Part shown: piece after piece, positions 54,452-64,000 of the stretch
Layout: each line of letters starts with the position of its first letter
How positions within the stretch are numbered: the stretch's first letter is position 1
Assembly (NCBI GenBank): GCA_965153455.1
Contig: OZ234493.1
Span: 3,038,001-3,102,000 of the forward strand
Origin: Sphagnum compactum
Taxonomy: Eukaryota
DNA length: 64,000 nt
Direction: 5' to 3'
Program-made: the position numbers and the translations under genes
The notes under the pieces: model-generated
Seen by the model: the letters and a program-made list of their open reading frames with translations, nothing else
What the model was told of the DNA's origin: nothing
Database searches by the model: none

Positions 54452-55443
54452 GCGCAACTATTACCAACGGGTGCTGAAAATGCAATAAAGAGTCAATTCT
54501 ACAGACAGGAAGGAGTCTGAAACCCTCTATATAGTGACAAATCATTTATGCAAGTAAGAAACCTCACCATGTGTGGTCCCATGTTAGCTAATAAGCCTTA
54601 CAAACTGCTACTGTAGGAACTTTGAAGATGTTGGACCATTATAGAAGAACCTGGTCTTTCTGTTTTCACTAATATTAATACTACTCACTTTAAGGTAATT
54701 GGAAAAAGCTTATGGTAGACCGTAGTGCCAGGTTTGAAACTGGAATAGTTCCCATATACATGTGAGTTGGCAATTGACACACAATATGGGAATAATTGAG
54801 TTGACAGCATTCCAAGGTTCCTGATGCAAGAATGTTATGGAGTGTAGTTTGTCTTTAATTTCTTACTGTGAAGAGCATCCCCAGATGTGCTCCGTATGTG
54901 ACCTTGCACATTAAAATTGGATGAAGAAAAGTCAAAAATTGTCAGTTTGCTGAGGCTGGTAAAAGGCACAGCAAAGCTGTGCACCTACCAGAGAAGAGTG
55001 TAATAAATACGATTTGATTACCGCTCCCTGTTTATGATTGGTCAATCATGATGATTGGAACAGGTGGTTTGCTATTAGTAGTCTCCCACCTATTTGCAGT
55101 CTCACTTTCAGTTTTATGCGTGGGGTTGCAAAAAAGAAAATAAGTAAAACTTGGATGTGAGAAATATTTTTGCAGGGTTGCATACTGAGCACTGCTGCTG
55201 ATGCTCTGACATTTGTGAAAACATTGTTGTGTATTGCTCCTTTTGAGAACACACGGTGATAGATAAGTTCAGGTACTAAGAGCTGTGATTGTAAGGTGCA
55301 CCTGATTCCATACCTGCCAATGATTGGTGTATTAAAAGTCTCAAATTATCAGCTCAAAAAATTTCAGACAGTCAAGCTTCATGCATTCGTCACAAATCTC
55401 ATTGGACAGTACAAGAATTTTTTTCAAAAGAGGACATATATGC

Positions 55444-56207
55444 CTACCAAGAGAACTCAGGCAATCCCATCTCATTTTGACACAGGATCAGTGGTGGAAA
55501 TTGCATCATATTTTGCTCCTGCTCTTCAGTGACTTCTGTCTCCGCCAGCCCTGTTGTAGGCTGCCCTTGATTTGACACTGGCACATAATCCAGCACCAAC
55601 TACATCAGGCACTACAAGCATGATGCAGGGAAATGAAGGCATATAAATAAGACCAAGACGATGGAGAAACAGAATGAAACGAGTTGGAAGACGTACATTT
55701 CTTGAGAGCCAACCAGGCAGCCATGGCAGCATTTTTCTCAGCTTGCCTTTTGGTTTTTCCAGCCTCCCCCTGGAACTCCATCCCTTCTACTCTCACAGTG
55801 CATTTGAAAACTGGCAAGTGCCCAGGTCCGTGCCGAGTGGTTGTGTACACTGGTAACGACACACCTACCCTTTGTGTGCATTCTCCTGCAACAAGTTCTT
55901 GTACACTCCTGTTTCATCCTGCACTATTTTTACACTATGAGAACATGAAAGAAATAATGCCTCAAAAGGCTTGTTGCTCACAAACCCCGAAAAAAGCTTC
56001 ACACAACATGAGCACCTAAAGTGACCGACACACAGACAAGACACGAAATGACAACAACTTACAAGGATCTGTGCAGCAAGAGACTGAGAAGTTCACAGTG
56101 GACTTGAAGTGTGGAGCATGGTCAGGTCCCTCTCTAATGCATGCATATGCAGGCAGATTGAAGCAACTCCTGTGTGCAAGAAGCTCTTGAAGCTGGTTCT
56201 TGTACAT
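55444..56207 (-). pseudogene. Double-stranded RNA-binding protein (DRB2/3/5-like) pseudogene
   Basis: MYKNQLQELLAHRSCFNLPAYACIREGPDHAPHFKSTVNF stops halfway through dsRBD1. dsRBD2 (DETGVYKNLLQE...SLPVYTT...GKTKRQAEKNAAMAAWLALKK) has a 2-nt frameshift near 55877. The last exon matches only as far as ETEVTEEQEQ. Confidence 0.82.
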
Positions 56208-59200
56208 ACCTGCTGCATGCACACAATACCCATCCACCATGATCACATCTCATTCCACACTGCATTCATTCCATTCTACGTCCATCCTTCTTCCATAGTT
56301 TTGGCTACACACTGAAAAAACAAATATAGATTTCTGGCAGGCAGTTTGTAACCCTCACCTTTTTGGCGATTGAAAACCTCCAAAATCAATTCATTTTCAG
56401 ATTTTTAATTTTTAATTTCGTTTCTTTCTGGCGAGATTTCACCACTTTAAAAAAATAAATAAATAAAAATTTTAAAGGCTGATCTAAGATGGTAGAATTA
56501 TAGGTATGGAAATCTTGATTATTGGTTCAAATTTTAATTTTAATTTGAAAGTTCAAAAACTGGTTTAAAATTCAAGAAACCAATAATGCAAATTCTTCTA
56601 ATCATTTATGGCAAGATTTCTAGTTTGAAAATATCAAATCCTACAAAATGAAATTAAACGAAACCTAAATGACACATAAGTTTGACAATCAATTAATTTA
56701 TTGGAAATGAGGATAGTTTTTTAGAACCTATCTCAAAAGTTTTTAAACTAGTTTTAAAATGACACTAATTTAAAATTAGAGATCAAGTGTAGTGAAAAAA
56801 AATCTTTTTTTTTTCTTTCAATTTTTTTATTTTAAAAATTTTCCCTGAAGAATGGGAATATTTTGACAAAATGCTATCTTTTACATGTGTTTTTTTGCAT
56901 TTTGATGAAATTTCACAACAAAAAAAACATTGGATGGAAGCATCAATTGTTATAAGAAAAATATGACTATTATTGTAGCCTATAATTCTTTAATTGATGT
57001 AAAATGTTTTTCCATTCGGTTGTGGAATCAAGCTTGTATTGGAGTTAACAAATTCAACAACATATACATAACAAAATGTGAATATTATTTTTAAAACTAG
57101 TATATGTTACCATAAGGAATGCATAATAAGAAAATATTTTAGTATATTTTAAATCATTTTCATATCTTTAAACAAGCCTCCATCAACCACTAATGTGGTT
57201 TTCAATTGCCATAAGTTGAAAATAAATTTAATAAAAAAATCACCAAATTTTTACATTTGGTTCCAAAAGATAGCCAAAAATATAGAAAGATGCTCAATTT
57301 TTTTTTTACTTACATATTTCATCCATTGTCAAATTTGGTTAAATCTTCCTATGGATGATTACCACTTCAACTATAATGTTTCAAAATTCACAAAATAAAT
57401 ATTGGCAAGGATCCAAGGGTGGAATGATTTTCATTAATAGAATTGTAAAATACTCAATTGTGTACTATAAATCATGCTTACCACCATTAGAAATGTATTT
57501 TTCATTTAAAAATGTATCATGTTGCACAAATTTAACCTTATTCATGAAATCAACACAATGTGCATCGATCATAACACCTTTTCGATCTATCGCAATCATG
57601 GTAGTGTTAATATAGTTATTAGTATCTACATGCAAGTAAGAAGAAGATGGAGATTTTGAAGGTGACATGTTTGTGGAATTATCATACAAGTCCACAACAA
57701 CACAATAGAAAAGTTATGTTCATGATAGTATGGTTAATGCATTCCACTTAATTAATTATATTTTCATATCGCTTGGCCACGGTTTAAAAACAAAGTGATT
57801 TTAAATAAGACGTTCAAGTGTTGTAGATCCAACTAAACATCTTATTATTAAGTAAAGTAATTTGTTTGCTTCATTGATTAGTCCCTATAGGGAACAAGGT
57901 CCCTCACATCATTTTCATTTTTAAGTTTTAAGTTATGTTGTTTTCAAAATGGCGCGATCAATTTTTTCATTGGAGGTTTTACAAAAGGGAGAAGGTTTGA
58001 TTTATTTTTGATAACGAGTATATCATTTTCAAATGGGTGGAAGTGGATTTTTTTGTTTTTGGGAAGGCGTTGAGACAAAGGAAATTTTCAAATAGTTCTT
58101 TTAGTTGTTGGAATGGTAAGAGGCGTAGTTTAAGTTGGGGTTTTGGATTGGTTCGGTTTGGCGTGGTTAGTTAGGTTTGGAGATGTTTTAGGGTTGTGCT
58201 TGTTGTGTTAAGGTGTTTTTTTGTTTATTTGGAGAGCATTTGAAGGTGGCAACAAGTTTTGGTAGTGGTTATTATTGGAACAATTGGTGTGTTTCAATGC
58301 AGCATTGGTTTGGATGTGTGTTCTAATTTGTAATGGTTTGGTGGTGGCTTTCATTCATTGCAAATCAAGTAGTTTAGTTTGAATGTTTCTTTTGGGTTTT
58401 GCCACATCTCTTTTGAATTTAAAAAAAGTAAACAAAAGTGGTTGCTTGCAATTTTGAAACATGGTTGATGGTTTTTGTTTATAGTTTATGCAAGTTAACA
58501 TCACTTTAAATATTACAATAAATTTTGAAGTTCATGGTTTTTAAAAGACAATTTTTTTGCTCCAAATTTTTTTTGTTATCCCTAATTCTTATGTGTTGAT
58601 CTTAGACCACTACATAGTGGCATTGTCTTATTTGCTTATCTTGTTGAGACATACATAGTAGGAAATTCTTTATGACTTCTAATACATCAATGATATAAAA
58701 ATATATGTGCATGTGTTGTCAACATATATGAACACATGAAATAAAATTAAAAACCGAAAAACTATTGCAACACTAGTCATCACCAATTTAACATCCCACA
58801 ATTGCATCTAAAATGTTTAAATCATCTTATTTTAGTAGTATTCTTTCTTCACTAAAACACCAAATCATCAAAAAAAAATTACATATTACAATTTTCATTG
58901 TATTTCATTTAATTGTAATTTGTAAAACCCCTTCTAAAAAAAATCGCTTTTCATGATATCTTTTCATAAATCACCAATTAATTTTAAAGCTTAACATATT
59001 CCATTCAATGCTGTCATTAAAAAAAATGTAAAAAACTTATATGTAATCCCAATATTTCAAATAATGCTAATGATTAATCGCATAAATTACATTCCCAATT
59101 ACAACACGACACTAAAAACCATACAATGAATGGATACTAAAATGTAATTATTCTTCAAATACATAAAAAAGTTCCTCAATTTATTTTCCCATCCATTATT

Positions 59201-59809
59201 CAATTCATTGTCATCAAAAGGTTTCCAAAAATATCAATTTCCTTTTCCATCATTTTGAATCTTTCTATTGCCCAGGGTTCGTGTGTCACTTGACACCTTG
59301 TTTTCATTGCAGCTCCTGGCCTATACAACTACTATAAAATCTCTGGAACCTTGTGCATTAAACGCCAAGTTTCAACATTTCATACCCAGATTTAATAAAA
59401 TTTCCTTACTTTGCAACTTTGCAGACTTCACTCAAAGAGGAGATAGGGAGTGAAAGGAGGCCCAAAGACAAGGCGACTCTACAGAAAACCCTATAAGAGT
59501 TTTGTAATGATTGCTGATTTGTTTTTGGCTGATGAAAAATTTCAAAAAATATTTAAAAATCTTAATCCTACAATCTGGAAACCAAGTTAAGAATTGGCTA
59601 AATATATCCGACTAATCTAAATGAGTTAAGAAAAAATATATCGGACATAAGGAATAATAAAAATAAAGAACAGCACATGGTATTATTTTATTTTACTCGG
59701 CGTTGTGGAGACCACTGATGATGGAGCCATCCTTTGAACCCTGTGAAATAAAATCAAGAATGGGTATATCATTGAGCTTACGCATTATGTCTTCCACATC
59801 CTCTAGGAT

Positions 59810-59964
59810 TCGATAGATGCTGTCATGGAAGAGGGTATGGAAGATAAAATTTGAATGACACCATAAGCAACAATGTTGAAGAGGTTATCGATAGATGCTG
59901 TCATGGAAGAGGGTATGGAAGATAAAATTTGAATGACACCATAAGCAACAATGTTGAAGAGGTT
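59810..59964. repeat. Perfect tandem duplication, 78 bp period
   Basis: 59810-59886 is identical to 59888-59964; this appears as a 26 aa repeat in ORF 59803-59985. Confidence 0.95.
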
Positions 59965-60935
59965 TGAATTTCTGCCGCTAACCAAAACACGATTTTTGGC
60001 CTACTTGTTGAGTTTGCACAGAACTCCGGGCATCTGCCCCCTGGCATTCAAGCCTCTCAGAGTCTTCTACATCGCTAACCTGCGCACCATACACCAGGAA
60101 GAGAGAGAAAGAATGATCTTTTTGTTGCAGTAGTAGTTCATAAAAATCCACCTGGATTGAAAACAGTTCTACATTCAGCTGTTTCCATCTATACCAGGAC
60201 TAGATCATACGCAAAACCATCAACCCGTAAGTTCATATTAACTCCACACACAAGAAGACACAATAATCTCCCTCTCACTTCTCTTAAAGACCGTAGACAT
60301 ACTCTCCAACAAAGTTTGTATTTGAGTTAGAACACCTTGGTGAAAACTCCATGTAACATTGCCCCTTCCAGACTTCAATGACACATGATTTTTCAACATA
60401 GACAGGAAAGGGAGTTCATTTTATCCCTGATTCATTTTCAACAATGTACAATTTGTGCCTCCAAACTATACAATGGTGCATACAGATGGTGGCACCCTCG
60501 ACTTGAAGAACGAATATGAAATTCAGCCCTACTCAAGTAGGTTCGTAAGGGGACCTGAAAGGACGAGTCAAAACAGGACAGTGTTGATGTCTGAAATTGT
60601 TGTGTTTCTCCTTGCACCACGTTTGCTACTCCGTACATCATCGATGACAAGTAATATGGGTACCTGTTGGCCAGAGATGATCAGAGGAGATGATGCTGCA
60701 GTGCATGGACCTAATGTGTTCAAGTGGTAAACTTGTGTTGTGTTTGTAAGGGCAGCTACAGGCCTTTGTTCCATATTTCATGAAGCTGTCTCCAAGAATT
60801 TGAAGAATGCCAGTGTGAACAAATAACATCTCTTGCTTGTTGGGCAGCATAAAAAGATCCAGCATGCAACAAAGAGAATACTTCAAAGAGGATAAATAAT
60901 CACTACATAATAGAAAAAACCTATTCTTTTCCCCT

Positions 60936-62312
60936 TCACTGGTGCAGAAGAGACTCCTGTCTCTGTAATCTTACCTGTTGGCAGAAATTTGTAAAGAAAG
61001 CCTCCGCTCTCTGTTTTACATCATCGTCAGCTAGCTTCAGATTGGTATACTCAACTGCGCGCTTTGCAAAAAAATCCTCCACTCCCTCAAATGCACTCCA
61101 AGCATCACTCTCGGTAAATATTGCAAAATAATGTCTCTGTAGGATATCTAGAATCTCAGGCCATCCAGGCCGCTGTAGAGGATCATCATGCCAACAGCGA
61201 TGCAATAAATCCCTCAGGTCGGGGTGCACATGGTCAGGAATGTCCGGTCTTTGGCCTGACAGAACCAGATCGTAGTCAGACTTAGGATAGCCTTCAAAAG
61301 GAGTCTGGCCCGTAAGGATCTCGTAGCACACCATCCCAAAACCATACACATCCACTGCAGGAGAGTACACAAGTCTCAAGTCTGATCTGTCCCGCACTGC
61401 TTGCAATACTTCAGGAGCCCTCCAAAATCCAGTGCCCACAACGTCGGAGCTCTCGTAGTCCCCAATTTTGATCTCAACCCTCTGGGTGAGTAATCCAAAA
61501 TGACCATTCTTTACTTTCATTCCCACAAGGATGTTTGAGGCCTTAATGTCTTTGTGTATTCGTCCGCATGAATGTATTTCTCTGATCCCACTTGCAATTT
61601 CCTGCATTAAAATGATTTTCACTGTATATGAACGAAACCTGTTACTGTCTTTGTCGATGAGAGTTCGCAGATCACCTTCCATGAGTTGCATCACCAGTAA
61701 TATTTTGCCGGTTTTATCCATTGACACCCCAATCACTTGGCAAAGTCTAGACTTTGATCGGCCTTCACAAGCTTTCATCACCTTTTCCATTTCCCTTTGC
61801 ATTTTGAGCATCCGTTCCTTTTGCCTCTGCAACTCGAGCTCGCCAACTCCAGAATATTTGTATCTTTTGACAACCACATCAGTTCCAAAGTATTTAGCCA
61901 AGAAGATTCTCGCCTGGCCACCTTGTGTGATCTGCCTGACTATTTCAAGTTCCGATGGATGTATAAGTCGCACTAAGCCGAGATGTTCTTCTTCATGTAC
62001 GGCCTCCGCAAGAGACGTTGGACTTCGGTCCCTCGGCGACAGAAGCGCAGTCCAAAGGTGCTCAGGTGCTTTGCCGGAATACAACTGTTCTACCACTGAA
62101 GGGATAAGCTCATCCGACAATTCCGTCCTCTGTGATGTGGGAGTAGAAAAGTCCTCGTCGGAGCTCATATTGTTGAGGTTACAACTCTCTGGCTTCACCT
62201 CCTGGTTTTGAGCCGGCGAGTGTAAAACTGCGCCAGATGTATGCACAACATGAGAGGAAAAGGGGCATTCGCTTTCCCCACGACCGAGGCTTTTCGAACC
62301 TTTGCTATCCAT
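60936..62312 (-). CDS. TKL/Raf-like protein kinase of a moss-type family with an uninterrupted kinase domain; possible additional 3' exon(s)
   Basis: ORF from MDSKG (ATG at 62312) contains ITQGGQARIF, VVVK, HKDIKASNIL, KIGDYE, GTGFWRAPEVL, DVYGFGMVCYEILTG and CWHDDPLQRP. A strong donor CAG|GTAAGA at 60975/60974 suggests splicing before the ORF stop. Confidence 0.85.
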   Translation of the reverse strand: MDSKGSKSLGRGESECPFSSHVVHTSGAVLHSPAQNQEVKPESCNLNNMSSDEDFSTPTSQRTELSDELIPSVVEQLYSGKAPEHLWTALLSPRDRSPTSLAEAVHEEEHLGLVRLIHPSELEIVRQITQGGQARIFLAKYFGTDVVVKRYKYSGVGELELQRQKERMLKMQREMEKVMKACEGRSKSRLCQVIGVSMDKTGKILLVMQLMEGDLRTLIDKDSNRFRSYTVKIILMQEIASGIREIHSCGRIHKDIKASNILVGMKVKNGHFGLLTQRVEIKIGDYESSDVVGTGFWRAPEVLQAVRDRSDLRLVYSPAVDVYGFGMVCYEILTGQTPFEGYPKSDYDLVLSGQRPDIPDHVHPDLRDLLHRCWHDDPLQRPGWPEILDILQRHYFAIFTESDAWSAFEGVEDFFAKRAVEYTNLKLADDDVKQRAEAFFTNFCQQVRLQRQESLLHQ

Positions 62313-63744
62313 GAAGTCCTGGGTGCAGGCTATGAGAAACACGAGAATATCCGCAGGAATAAGAGACTTGTTTAGAGTCGATCAACCCGGCACCTAAGCA
62401 CGAGAACGAGAACCAAGCGAATTTAATAGAGAGTGATTCACCAAAACGGTAGCAAAAACAAGATTGGAAAGAGCCAACTATTTCAACGAACAAACAAAAC
62501 GTACCTACTAATGGAACAAAGTTTGATGAAGAACGGCGTGATCCTTTGGAAGAACTTTGGCGAAAAGCTGGGGTGCGAACAAGACGCATAGAAGCAACTT
62601 AGCCTAATGGGCTTTGATCTATTGAACTAGAGAGACGGAGAGCACTGCTGCTGAGAGGGAAGACAACCGTGTTGGAAAAGTATACGCAGGAAGGAGACTC
62701 CTGGACACGGCACCTAACACCCCGTCAAAAAAGCTGTCACTGGCCCCGAAGCAGTCTTATGTTTTCTTTGAAGTTTAAGGGCAGAAGTTGAAGATTAGTA
62801 CCGTTGCAGAAGGGTAGCGAGGATGTATGATGAGGAGTTGGAAAGTCCACCAGCACCAGTAGCAGAGAAGAGCGCGCGAAAATGGAACGAAAGCGTTGTT
62901 GCAAGTGCTGAAGAGGAAGAAGCAGAAGTGAGTAAGAAGAGAGCGCCATCGCTGCAGCAGTGCAAGTACGTAAGCACCCTGACAGGCGCTCACCCAACTA
63001 GCGCCTAGGGAATTTTAAAAAAAACGTACTGGTTTTAACCCTAGGTTTTTGCCTCCCAGTTTCCCTCTGTGTGGTGTGTGTGTTTTTTTATGGGTGCTTT
63101 GCCCCCATTGGGTTTGATTTGCCGGCTGGAGTGAACCATAAAAAAACACCCATAAACAAAGCACCATGAAAAAACACACACAAATTTTATGGTGTTGTAT
63201 ATGTTTTTTTATGAGTGAACCAGCAGCCACCAATGCACCGTTGAGGATGAGGCCGTTCTAGCTGTTTTGGGGATGAATCAAAAACCCATCCTCTTCCCCT
63301 GCCCAGGGATTTTTCAGCCCCTTTCTCTACCCCAAAATTTTCCCCTCCTACCTACCTCCCCCCCCGCCTCCTACCTCCTTCATCACATTTCCCGTTCACT
63401 CCATCTCAAGAGCTTAGTAGAGCTCCTAAGCTTGAGCTGCACAGAGCTTCGCAAGCTCTCGAGCTTGAGCTGCACACAACTTCGCGAGGAAGGTGGAGAG
63501 CTCAACGTTGCAGGAACTTGAAAAGCTGAAGGAACGTGGAGAGGAGAAGGGTTTAAGGGAAGGCTTCATCTGAAATGCAGAAGCAAGAGAAGTAAGCTCC
63601 CTCCCTTCTTTGCATTTTTTTGTCTATGTGTTTTTTATTTTATTTTTTAGCTTGAAAAGAAAAAGACGCCATTGTCTTCTTCTTTAACGTTTTTGTTTCC
63701 TACCTACCTCCCCCTCTTGTCTTTTTTTGTGCTATTGTTGCAGC

Positions 63745-64000
63745 GGCAAAGAAGGCGATAACAAATTGCTACCATCGCCTTCTTCTCTGCCAGATCTTAT
63801 AGAGATGAAGAAGAAGGCGACGACAGCTATTGTTGCCTTCTTCTTTGCCTTTGTCGAATCTTGTAGAGATGAAAAAGAAGGCGACGACAACTGCCGTCGC
63901 CTTCTTCTTCTCTACCGGCTCTTGTAGAGATGAAGAAAAAGGCAATGACAACTGTCGTCGCCTTCTTCTTCTCTACCGAGTCTTGTAAAGATGAAGAAGA
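63745..64000. repeat. Array of ~60 bp self-complementary units, probably part of a transposon beginning near 63260
   Basis: At least four units of GAAGAAGGCGAC/T...GTCGCCTTCTTC; the array continues past the window end. Confidence 0.8.

Noticed and set aside
61531-62211. 226 aa plus-strand ORF
   Set aside because: Antisense shadow of the kinase exon, with no independent motifs.

Overview
AT-rich, intron-containing land-plant nuclear DNA. Gene style and the abundant TTAGCCAAATTTGGCTA-type repeat fragments suggest a moss such as Sphagnum (inference). There are four apparently intact genes: a 13-exon ATG1 autophagy kinase (-), an ATL-type RING-H2 E3 ligase (-), a 9-exon PWWP-domain gene (+), and a non-RD TKL-type kinase with an uninterrupted kinase domain (-). 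Disabled and mobile DNA includes a DRB2/3/5-like pseudogene, a decayed Ty1/copia element at the left edge, short Helitron-like elements, and many tandem and inverted repeats. The most unusual part is a ~13 kb minus-strand block (about 16.0-29.4 kb). It holds (i) two diverged, decayed tandem copies of a GIY-YIG endonuclease module with a Penelope-like C-terminal motif and no visible reverse transcriptase, and (ii) a train of co-oriented, intron-retaining fragments of unrelated host genes (RPT2, RPA70B, BSL1-type phosphatase and unidentified pieces), which looks like transposon-mediated gene capture. All gene models and homologies were read by eye; no database search was run.
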